Made by a program: the position numbers and the translations under genes. The notes beneath the pieces were generated by a model, which was not told where the DNA came from, searched no databases, and saw only the letters and a list, made by a program, of their open reading frames with translations. From Rhodanobacteraceae bacterium (GTDB lineage: Bacteria; Pseudomonadota; Gammaproteobacteria; Xanthomonadales; Rhodanobacteraceae), in the NCBI GenBank assembly GCA_036759545.1, contig DAIOUL010000001.1, positions 5,983 to 69,982 of the forward strand: DNA of 64,000 bases, in the 5' to 3' direction. Positions 28,506 through 36,474 of this stretch are shown here, one piece after another (within the stretch, counting starts at the first letter, position 1; every line of letters starts with the position of its first letter).

Positions 28506-29510
28506 ATGCCCGATTTGCGACTCAGTGTGATCATCCCGACATGGAATCGCGGGGCGATGACCCTGCGCGCGTTGCGTTCGGTGCTGGCACAGCCTGACGC
28601 GAATCGCCTTGAAATCATCGTGATCATCGATGGTTCGACGGACGACACCGAAATGCTGCTGCGCGCGAACCACGGCGAGGATCCGCGTGTGGACATCCTT
28701 GTTGTCCCGCACGGCGGCGTAAGCGCCGCGCGCAATGCGGGTTTCGCGAGGTCGCGCGGCGAGCTGATCTGCTTTCTCGATTCCGACGACTACTGGTTGC
28801 CCGGCGCTTTCGCCATCGCCGAAAGCGTGTTTGCGCGGCATCCTGGACTGGCTTTCGTCAGCCTCGACGGGAGCACCTTGCCCCGTCCCGGAGCGCCGGC
28901 GCTGTCGCGCGTCATGCGTGCCAATGGGCCCGGCTGGTCACATGCGGCTTTCGCGAACGCGCCGCTCGCCTTCGAAGATATCAGAGCCGGAACCGACAAC
29001 CGCGCAACGCGCGTGCTGCTGGGGGATTTTTTCCCGGCGATCATTCACGGTGATCTGTTCCAGGTCGACGGGCTGTTCATGCGCCGCGAGGCGATAACGC
29101 GCGCCGGGCTCTTCGACTCCCGTTTCGACTATCTCGAGGATTGGGAATTCTTTGCGCGGCTATGTCTGCAGGGACACGGCGCTTACGTGGATTGCGCCGG
29201 CTTCTGCCGCGATGTGGGCCGTGACGACGAACTCACGCATCACCGCGCGGATACCTCGGTGCCGCTTCGGCACCTGCAGATCCTGCATTCGCTGCCGCGG
29301 CGATTTCCGCACCGCATGGCAGCATATGCGGACTGTTTGCGCGGCGCGATGGTGGATGCGCGCTACCAGATGGGTGCGGCGCTTTCGCGCAGCCGGCACC
29401 GGCGCTGGTCCCGGCCATATCTATGTCGCTGCCTGAAGCAACGTTACAAACCCGCGAGATCCCTGGTTCATCTCGCGAGATCGCTGCTTCCACGCGGCCG
29501 AGTTCGGTGA
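28506..29510 (+). CDS. glycosyltransferase family 2
   Basis: The ORF was trimmed to the ATG at 28506. The sequence reads LSVIIPTWNRGAMTLRALRSVLAQ ... IIVIIDGSTDDT ... AARNAGFARSRGELICFLDSDDYW (GT-A fold with DxD). It lies 106 nt downstream of the NRPS TE. Confidence 0.85.
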   Translation: MPDLRLSVIIPTWNRGAMTLRALRSVLAQPDANRLEIIVIIDGSTDDTEMLLRANHGEDPRVDILVVPHGGVSAARNAGFARSRGELICFLDSDDYWLPGAFAIAESVFARHPGLAFVSLDGSTLPRPGAPALSRVMRANGPGWSHAAFANAPLAFEDIRAGTDNRATRVLLGDFFPAIIHGDLFQVDGLFMRREAITRAGLFDSRFDYLEDWEFFARLCLQGHGAYVDCAGFCRDVGRDDELTHHRADTSVPLRHLQILHSLPRRFPHRMAAYADCLRGAMVDARYQMGAALSRSRHRRWSRPYLCRCLKQRYKPARSLVHLARSLLPRGRVR

Positions 29511-29513
29511 GAA

Positions 29514-30440
29514 TCACATCCAGTGCGAGAGGTCGCGCCCGATCAACACCGACAAACGTTCGACATCCGGTCGGCAGCGCGCGCGAAGTTCCGCGTCACG
29601 CGGATCGGGCGGCTTCGGCTTGCCCTGATGCAGCCGCCGCACGGCCAGAACCACTCGGCGCCGGACAGCGTAGGGAAAAATCCGGTCCGACACTTGTCTG
29701 ATCCCCGGTTGTGAATGGACCGCGTTCAAGAAACGCTCCAGTCCACCCTTGATCGGAGGCTCGTTATATACCCGGAATTCCGGCACGAACGAGGGATCGA
29801 CCTGGAGGAATTCCAGGATTCCGCGATAGGTTTTCACAGGGTCCGCCGCGAGATCCTCAAGCAGCACTACATGCACGGAGTCGCGTCCGAACGTGCGCAG
29901 ATAGCGCTCGACTTGCCCCGCGAACTGGGCCACGCCGAAATAATCCTGCCACGCTGGAATTCCGCGGGGCGCCAATCGCAAACCCCTGCGGCGCTCGCCG
30001 CTCGCCGCGACCGCTTCATGGAAGTCGGCGATATTCTCGGTCGGCCCCAGCAGACAGTCTGCATGCCAGGAATGCATCTGTTGCACCGGGTCCCTGAGGG
30101 TGATCAGTATCCGGGCGTCGGGGCAAAACTCCTTGATACGAACGGCGGCCTCTTTCGAGTAGAGATAGAAGGCCGAGGCGTCGCCCCGCCACTTGTAGCC
30201 CTCGCTTCCCGCGTACATCGCGAGATAGACCTGTTCATCCTTGATCGATTTTTCCGCGGGAAGATCGAGGTCGACGCAGAAATATGCCGGCTCTTTTGCA
30301 TGCCAGTAGGCACTTTCTTCGTCGCCGGCCGGAAAGAAGATCTGCGGATGCTTGCGCAGATACTCGTAGAGGGAGGTCGTTCCGCATTTCGGCGCACCTA
30401 CCAGGAAGAGATTGGGACCTGTGCGTGCGGCTGAAGCCAT
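29514..30440 (-). CDS. PAPS-dependent sulfotransferase (PF00685-type)
   Basis: ATG at 30440 is preceded by GGAGG with a 6-nt spacer; the track ORF starts at 30470. The 5'-PSB loop is LFLVGAPKCGTTSLYEYL and the 3'-PB motif is ILITLRDPVQQMHSWH. Confidence 0.85.
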   Translation of the reverse strand: MASAARTGPNLFLVGAPKCGTTSLYEYLRKHPQIFFPAGDEESAYWHAKEPAYFCVDLDLPAEKSIKDEQVYLAMYAGSEGYKWRGDASAFYLYSKEAAVRIKEFCPDARILITLRDPVQQMHSWHADCLLGPTENIADFHEAVAASGERRRGLRLAPRGIPAWQDYFGVAQFAGQVERYLRTFGRDSVHVVLLEDLAADPVKTYRGILEFLQVDPSFVPEFRVYNEPPIKGGLERFLNAVHSQPGIRQVSDRIFPYAVRRRVVLAVRRLHQGKPKPPDPRDAELRARCRPDVERLSVLIGRDLSHWM

Positions 30441-30518
30441 CGAGAACCTCCGGGCATGTGCCCGAAGCATCGCGGATAATTAGATCACGCATTTCGCTCC
30501 GGCGGCAGAGCCGGAGCG

Positions 30519-32192
30519 TCAGCTCTTGCGTCCGAGCAGGTCCTTTGCGAGCCCTTTGGCTTGCGACCAGCGCATCGGCAGCGAGTCACCCACGCGAACC
30601 TCCACGAGGGTCACTCCCTGGTTGCCCAGCGCGTCGTGCAGTGTGTTGTCCGGCTCACTTTCGAAACGCACGTAACGGGCACCCAACGCTGCGGCCAGGG
30701 CTTTACAGTCGACAGCCCCGAGCTGCGTGCCGAATGCGTGACCGTGAGCCGCGCGTTGCTGATTGCGGATGGCGCCATAGGCGCCGTCGACGAACACGAT
30801 CACCGTCAAGCTGAGGCCTTCGCGTACCGCAGTCAGCAGTTCCAGTCCCGACATGCCCAGTCCGCCGTCTCCGATCAGCGCGACCACCGGGCGATCCGGC
30901 GCGGCGAGCTTTGCACCGATCGCCGCGCCGATTCCGAAACCCATCGACTGCAGATTGGTCGGAGTGATCAGGCCGCGCGCGGACCAGACCGGAAAATGGC
31001 GGCGTGCAAGGTCCTGGTGCTGCCCCGAATCGGTCACAAGGATAGAGTCGCGCGGCAATGCGCGTCGCAGTGCACCGAAAAAAGCCGCAGGAGCGCCGGC
31101 GGCAACGCCGTGGATGCGCGGTTCGATCACGCCTTCCAATTTCTCGGCGGTGGCGCGCCGCTTCCACTGCGCCATTTCGCCGGCTTCGAAGCCACGCGAT
31201 GGATCCGCCTCTTCCAGGCGCACGCAAAGGTCCTGCAAGAACCTGCGCGCATCGGCGCGGATCACGAGACGCGCCGGGTAGTTCGCACCGAGCACTTCTT
31301 CCGATGCATCCACGTGGATCAGTTTTTCTTGCGGGATGCGCAGCCGAAAACCGCGACTGCCGTTGTGGGAAAACTTGCATCCTACGGCCAGCACCTGATC
31401 GCAACTCTCGATCAAGGCATTCAAGCTTTCCACGTTGTTGCCGCTGCATTCGAAACCCAGCGACAACGGATGGTCTTCCGCCAAAACACCGCGGCCGGAA
31501 GTTGTGGTGATCACCGCGGCGTGCAGCCTTTCGGCCAATCGAAGCGCGGATTCGGCCGCGCCATGGCAACCCTGGCCCAACAACAATACGCAGCGCCGCG
31601 CCCGGTTCAGGGCAAGCGCCGTCGTTGCGATCGCTTCTTCGTTCGACAGAGGCGAATGCATCTCCTTTTCCGGCCAACGGGATTCGATCGGAGAACCGCC
31701 ATCAGGCCGCTGCGAGATTTGCAGCAGCACCGGACCGGGTTCGCCTTCCAGCGAGAGCCGGTACGCGCGCACCAAGGCTTCGCCCAATTCGCCGATGTGC
31801 TCGACGGAAAAAACCGCCTTGTACAACGGCGCGGCCACGGACGTCTGATTGAAGGCCTGCAATTGAAAGTGACTGCCAGGAGCCGTCGCGGGTGCTCCCG
31901 TGATGTGGAGCAGCGCCGCCGAATCCAGCGCCGCTTCCGCGATGCCCGGCAGCGCCCACGCGAAACCGGGACCAGGAATGGTAAGCACCACTCCGGGCCG
32001 GCCGCTGGCGCGGTAATAGCCATTCGCCATCATCGCCGCGGACAACTCGCTGGTCGCGACGACGGAACGCAAACTGGAAGTGCGCAGCGCTTCGTACAGC
32101 GCGACGTTCTGCGTGCCGGGCAGTCCGAATACGCAATCGGCACCGACCTGCCGCAACGCGTCCACCAGCTTGTCGGCACCTCGAGTATTCAT
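30519..32192 (-). CDS. thiamine-diphosphate-dependent enzyme (acetolactate synthase large-subunit-like; substrate unknown)
   Basis: ATG at 32192 (MNTRGADKLVDALRQVGADCVFGLPGTQNVALYEAL); GAGG lies upstream. The ThDP-binding motif is IGDGGLGMSGLELLTAVREGLSLTVIVFVDGAYG (GDG...N/D pattern). Length is 557 aa. Confidence 0.85.
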   Translation of the reverse strand: MNTRGADKLVDALRQVGADCVFGLPGTQNVALYEALRTSSLRSVVATSELSAAMMANGYYRASGRPGVVLTIPGPGFAWALPGIAEAALDSAALLHITGAPATAPGSHFQLQAFNQTSVAAPLYKAVFSVEHIGELGEALVRAYRLSLEGEPGPVLLQISQRPDGGSPIESRWPEKEMHSPLSNEEAIATTALALNRARRCVLLLGQGCHGAAESALRLAERLHAAVITTTSGRGVLAEDHPLSLGFECSGNNVESLNALIESCDQVLAVGCKFSHNGSRGFRLRIPQEKLIHVDASEEVLGANYPARLVIRADARRFLQDLCVRLEEADPSRGFEAGEMAQWKRRATAEKLEGVIEPRIHGVAAGAPAAFFGALRRALPRDSILVTDSGQHQDLARRHFPVWSARGLITPTNLQSMGFGIGAAIGAKLAAPDRPVVALIGDGGLGMSGLELLTAVREGLSLTVIVFVDGAYGAIRNQQRAAHGHAFGTQLGAVDCKALAAALGARYVRFESEPDNTLHDALGNQGVTLVEVRVGDSLPMRWSQAKGLAKDLLGRKS

Positions 32193-32244
32193 TCGCCTCG
32201 TACCTGCGCTATTTGCCGCCGCAAGCCGGCCACATTCCTCGCCG

Positions 32245-35049
32245 TTACAGCAATTTTTCCAGCTCGCCAGCCAAAGCTCGCGCGAATACATCATCCCGCA
32301 TGCTCAGGTAATGCGAACGCAATGAAGGAGGGAAGCGCGCGGCGAGTTCCTGCGTGCGTCCGGCAGCGACGCCCAGCGCCAGCCGGTGCACCCGGAGCTG
32401 GGTCACATATGGCGCGAACTGCGACGCCAGCAAACCACAATGCGGCCCCTCGGGATCGAACAATGTCAGCGTGCCGTCGAACGGCTGAAGCCGATATCGG
32501 TGCTGCGTGCGCACTTGCAACTGATACTGGATCGCGATCAGCTCGATGTTTTTGGGGTCGATCTCGGGAGCCGCGCTGCTCGCTTTGATCAACAGTGCCG
32601 GAAGATATTGCTTCGGCTGCAATGAATCCAGTTCGCGCTCCTCCAGCGCGAATGGAAGGCCGGAATTGAGTTCCAGCAACGCCGACAGCTCCAGAACATG
32701 TTGGCGGCTGGTTCTCACCTCGGTTTCGAATTCCAGGAATTGCTCGCGCGTCAGCGCGAAGTCGTCCGCCACGTTCGAGAGGCCATTTTGGTTTGAACGT
32801 GGCGCGACCCGGTGCAAGAGACCGGCGAAATGAATGAGGCGTGCGAATGCCGGTCGCATGAATCTGGCCCGGAACGCCCAATGGCCGAAGCGGCGCTCGT
32901 CGGCGCAGTCCATCGCCAGAGGGTCGACCAGCGCCAGAAGCGCGATCTCCTCGCCCGCACAACGAAGTTGCCGCGCGATCTCGTATGCGAACGCACCGGC
33001 AGACGAATAAGCGAGCAGATAGTAGGGGCCCTCCGGCTGTCGCTCGCGGATCGCGTTCAGATAGAGCCTCGTCCAATTCTGAAATCCGGTTGTCGGATCT
33101 CTCGCGCCCTGCAGAAATGGATCCCGTACGCCAATCACTTCCCGTCCGGTTTTGAGCGCATGGATGGTTTTTTCGTATGCGCCCAGCGTTCCGCCTGCAG
33201 ACGAAATGACGAACAACGGAGCAGCATGGGCATCCCGCGCAGACTTCAAGGTGACGAGTATGGAGCCCGCGGAGGCGAAGCCGGAAGCGTGGCCTTCGCG
33301 CGCACGATCAATGTGGGATGCCAACGTGCGGATGGTGGGGAACCGGTACACGGCGTCGTCCGGGAGCTGATCGCGCTCGAGCCCGAACGCCTCGCGCAAT
33401 CGTGCAATGACCGAAAACGTCTTCAGCGAGCTTCCACCCACTTCGAAGAAATTGCTGTCGAGCTGAAACCGGTCATGCATCAGGACGGCCTTCCACACGC
33501 CGGCCACCCGTTGCTCGGTGTCCGTTCCGGCAACAACGGGAGGAACAGTTGCTGCCAGCGGTGCATCGGTCTCCAGCAGTTTCAATCTGTCGACCTTCCC
33601 GCTCAAGGTGAGGGGGAACGTCGCCAGCCCGATCACGTGAGCAGGCATCATGTAATCGGGTAACTGTTCCCTGAGCGCCCGCAATACTTCAGCAGCAGGA
33701 ATGTCCGCAGGAGATACGAAGGCGACCAACGCGGCGCTGCCGTCAGGTTGCTCCTTTGCGATTACCGCGCACTGTCTGACCATCGAAAGCGCCGAAATCG
33801 TTTTTTCGACTTCCTGGAGATCCACCCGAAAGCCCCTGATCTTGACGGTGTGATCGATACGGCCGATAAATTCCAGCGAGCCGTCCCCTGTTCGGCGCAC
33901 TTGGTCGTTCGTGCGATAGAGCCGCTGGCCGTCGAGCATGATGAACGCGCGCTCGGTGAGCGCGGGGTTCCCGAAGTACTCGGAGAAGAGCGCAGGTCCG
34001 CCGATGTGGAGCATGCCTGCCGCGCCCACGGCGGCGGGCTGGAGATTGTCATCCAGGACGTACGCCCGCACTTCCGGAGAGATCGGTTTTCCGAGCGGCA
34101 GTTCACCGCCCCTTCGAGCCGATTCCCGGAGATCGCACACCAAAACCGAACTGGCTTCGGTGCTGCCGTAGATCGAATAGATGTTTGTCGCACCCGGAAA
34201 TGCCGCGAGTGTTCGCGCTGCGAGCTCGGGGTGCAGATATTCGCCCATCAGCACCAGCACGCGAACATCCGGCGCGGCAAAGCCGGGCATGTCCAGCGAT
34301 GCCTGCAATACCGACGGAACGATCAGCAGCCGCGAGATGCCGCGCCGCTCGATCGTGTCCCAGAATGTTTCCAGCTTCTTCGTTTCCCGGTCGGAGATGA
34401 TGCAGACGGGAACCCCGCGAAGCAGCGGCTCGAAAAGTTCGTAGACGGCGTGGGTCGTCGTCATGTGGGCCTTCTGGCAGCACACTTCACCGGCGGCGTA
34501 TGGATGCATGTCCCAAGTCCACTGCAGCCGGTGAAAGAAAGAGCGGTGGCTTCGCACGATCATCTTCGGCGCCCCGGTGGAACCGGACGAGCAAAGAACG
34601 AATGCTGGCCGGGCCGGGTTGCCATCCTGGAGGACTTGGGTCGCCTCCCGTGCGAGTTCATCGGAGGCGTGCAGGATGCGATGGTGCAGGCCCGGATCGA
34701 GAGGGGATTTGCAGTCGTCGATCACCGCATCGAGGCCGGTAAACGACAGGATCCTGCGCAGGCGGCCGATCGGATAGGAGGGTGGCAAGGGCACGGCTGC
34801 CCCGTTCGCTTTCAGCACCCCCAGAACGCTTGCGACATAGTGGCGCGAGCGCTCCATGTGGATTCCCACGAAAGCGCCCTCCGGAACATTGCGGGTACGG
34901 ATCGCTGCGGCCAACCGGTTCGACGCGGAATCGAGCTCCGCGAAGTTCATCGTGCCGTCGTCATCCAGCAGTGCGATTGCCTCGGGCGTGCGCGCCGCCT
35001 GCTCCTCGAAAAGCCGGTCGAGACGAAAAACAGGCACTGGCGAGTTCAC
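32245..35049 (-). CDS. stand-alone NRPS-like enzyme A-T-TE
   Basis: GTG start at 35049 with GAGG 5 nt upstream. A domain: LCSSGSTGAPKMIV (nt 34564-34590 region), YSIYGSTE, YRTNDQVR, GRIDHTVKIRGFRVDLQEVE and LSGKVDRLKL. T: FFEVGGSSLKT with Ser541 at 33427-33429. TE: PLFVISSAGG and AYSSAG with Ser683 at 33001-33003. Confidence 0.9.
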   Translation of the reverse strand: MNSPVPVFRLDRLFEEQAARTPEAIALLDDDGTMNFAELDSASNRLAAAIRTRNVPEGAFVGIHMERSRHYVASVLGVLKANGAAVPLPPSYPIGRLRRILSFTGLDAVIDDCKSPLDPGLHHRILHASDELAREATQVLQDGNPARPAFVLCSSGSTGAPKMIVRSHRSFFHRLQWTWDMHPYAAGEVCCQKAHMTTTHAVYELFEPLLRGVPVCIISDRETKKLETFWDTIERRGISRLLIVPSVLQASLDMPGFAAPDVRVLVLMGEYLHPELAARTLAAFPGATNIYSIYGSTEASSVLVCDLRESARRGGELPLGKPISPEVRAYVLDDNLQPAAVGAAGMLHIGGPALFSEYFGNPALTERAFIMLDGQRLYRTNDQVRRTGDGSLEFIGRIDHTVKIRGFRVDLQEVEKTISALSMVRQCAVIAKEQPDGSAALVAFVSPADIPAAEVLRALREQLPDYMMPAHVIGLATFPLTLSGKVDRLKLLETDAPLAATVPPVVAGTDTEQRVAGVWKAVLMHDRFQLDSNFFEVGGSSLKTFSVIARLREAFGLERDQLPDDAVYRFPTIRTLASHIDRAREGHASGFASAGSILVTLKSARDAHAAPLFVISSAGGTLGAYEKTIHALKTGREVIGVRDPFLQGARDPTTGFQNWTRLYLNAIRERQPEGPYYLLAYSSAGAFAYEIARQLRCAGEEIALLALVDPLAMDCADERRFGHWAFRARFMRPAFARLIHFAGLLHRVAPRSNQNGLSNVADDFALTREQFLEFETEVRTSRQHVLELSALLELNSGLPFALEERELDSLQPKQYLPALLIKASSAAPEIDPKNIELIAIQYQLQVRTQHRYRLQPFDGTLTLFDPEGPHCGLLASQFAPYVTQLRVHRLALGVAAGRTQELAARFPPSLRSHYLSMRDDVFARALAGELEKLL

Positions 35050-35180
35050 GATGCCTCGGTTCCATGCGGGCGCGGCGACTGCTCCGGCACGAAAAAATTC
35101 TCCGTGCCGTGTGGACGCGCGGATGCCGCGCTTGCAGTAGAGTAAGCCGCTGTTTGCGCACTGGGGGTCTGCGGGTCGGC
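35050..35180. promoter_or_regulatory. divergent promoter region (A-T-TE operon <-> ATP-grasp/sulfotransferase pair) containing a 7-bp-stem inverted repeat
   Basis: The gap between divergent starts is 131 nt. An inverted repeat CGGCACG (35085-35091) / CGTGCCG (35103-35109) has an 11-nt A-rich loop. No sigma-70 boxes were confidently assigned. Confidence 0.3.
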
Positions 35181-36464
35181 ATGGCGAATCATGGGGAAAA
35201 CCGATGGGCCAGGAGCGCTGATCCTATCCCAGTGCAGCACGCGCACATGGTGCAGCCGGTCGAGCACAGGGGATTGCGGGCGGCGGGGCTTGAGCGGAAA
35301 GCCTTGCCGGCGATCGTGGTCGGGAGTGGTCATACCGGGCTGGGCATGCTGCGCGCGCTGCATCTCGCGGGAATCGAAACCTGGGTTGCGTGTCCGGCGA
35401 ACGATCTGGCCGCGCATTCGCGTTGGTATCGCCCCGTGCCCGGCGTTCGCTGGGATGGCAGCCTCGGTCCGCAAACGCCCGCGCTGCTGGAAGCATTGCC
35501 CGACGCCGTGCTCATTCCGGGGGCCGACGATGCGGCGTTGTGGATTTCTGATTTGCCCTCTTCACCGCTCGGGCGCCGCTTTCCGGTAAGCACCAGTTCT
35601 CGCGGAACGCTGGAAATCCTGCAGAACAAGTCCCGATTCGCCGATTTCCTGCGCGGTACCGCGATACCGCACCCACGCAGTTTTCCGTTGCGCGCTGCCG
35701 CAGATATCGCTGCCATCCCCTTCGAAGAAATCGACCGCGTTTTCGTCAAGCCTGCCAACTCGCAGGAATTCACCCGCCACACCGGTGTGAAGGGGTTGGC
35801 TGCGAATGGCCGTGCGGACGTCGAGCGCATCTGGGACCAGCTCCAGCGGCGGGGTCTGGAAGCGATGGTGCAGGAATACATCCCCGGGCCGGCCAGCGAG
35901 CACTACTTCATCGACGGCTTCCGCGATCGAAACGGCATGCTGACGGGATTATTCGCGCGCCGGCGGCTGCGGATCCATCCACCCGATTTCGGCAACAGTT
36001 CATACTGCGAAAGCATCGCCCTGGATGAAGTCGATCCGGCGCTGCAGAATCTTGCCGGCTTGCTGGACATGCTCGGCTATCGCGGCATTTTCAGCGCGGA
36101 GTTCAAGCGCGACGCGCGCGACGGCGAGTTTCGAATACTGGAAATCAACACGCGCGGCTGGTGGTACGTGGAATTTGCTGCGCGTTGTGGCGTGAATGTG
36201 TGCCGGATGGCCTACGACGATGCGCAGGGAAAGTCCGTCAGGCCGGCATCGCGCAAGTACCGCATCGGGGCCGGTTGCGTCAACCTCGCGGGCGACATCA
36301 AAACGGTATTCAGGTCACCCGCTGGACGCGGATCGTGGTGGACGGTTGTCCGGCAATGGGTGCGAACGCGATTCCTGGTCTTTCGTTCCGATGACCCTGG
36401 GCCGGCGTGGTTCACCGTGAAGAGGATGCTGCGCCGCCGCTGGCGAAGAGCTAGTGCGAACTGA
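35181..36464 (+). CDS. ATP-grasp family carboxylate-amine ligase (COG3919-like)
   Basis: The ORF 34782..36464 was trimmed to the ATG at 35181; an alternative ATG is at 35247. Motifs are PAIVVGSGHTGLGMLRALHLAGIE, VFVKPANSQEF, MVQEYIPGPASEHYFIDGF and YRGIFSAEFKRDARDGEFRILEINTRGWWY (ATP-grasp Mg/ATP site pattern E-x-N). Confidence 0.7.
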   Translation: MANHGENRWARSADPIPVQHAHMVQPVEHRGLRAAGLERKALPAIVVGSGHTGLGMLRALHLAGIETWVACPANDLAAHSRWYRPVPGVRWDGSLGPQTPALLEALPDAVLIPGADDAALWISDLPSSPLGRRFPVSTSSRGTLEILQNKSRFADFLRGTAIPHPRSFPLRAAADIAAIPFEEIDRVFVKPANSQEFTRHTGVKGLAANGRADVERIWDQLQRRGLEAMVQEYIPGPASEHYFIDGFRDRNGMLTGLFARRRLRIHPPDFGNSSYCESIALDEVDPALQNLAGLLDMLGYRGIFSAEFKRDARDGEFRILEINTRGWWYVEFAARCGVNVCRMAYDDAQGKSVRPASRKYRIGAGCVNLAGDIKTVFRSPAGRGSWWTVVRQWVRTRFLVFRSDDPGPAWFTVKRMLRRRWRRASAN

Positions 36465-36474
36465 GGGGCAGGTC

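Noticed and set aside
30561-32588. A 675-aa plus-strand ORF across the ThDP-enzyme gene. The same applies to 5815-7677 (+), 40690-42201 (-), 43055-44602 (-), 44692-45840 (-), 50805-51839 (+), 58319-60031 (+) and 60701-61771 (+).
   Set aside because: Each is antisense to a frame with clear family motifs, signal peptides or TM helices. Their composition (R/A/G/P/H bias) is typical of non-coding frames in high-GC genomes.
34782-35180. Upstream extension of the ATP-grasp ORF.
   Set aside because: It overlaps the first ~90 codons of the A-T-TE gene on the other strand and is Arg/Pro/Ser-rich. The first plausible start after the divergent gene is 35181.
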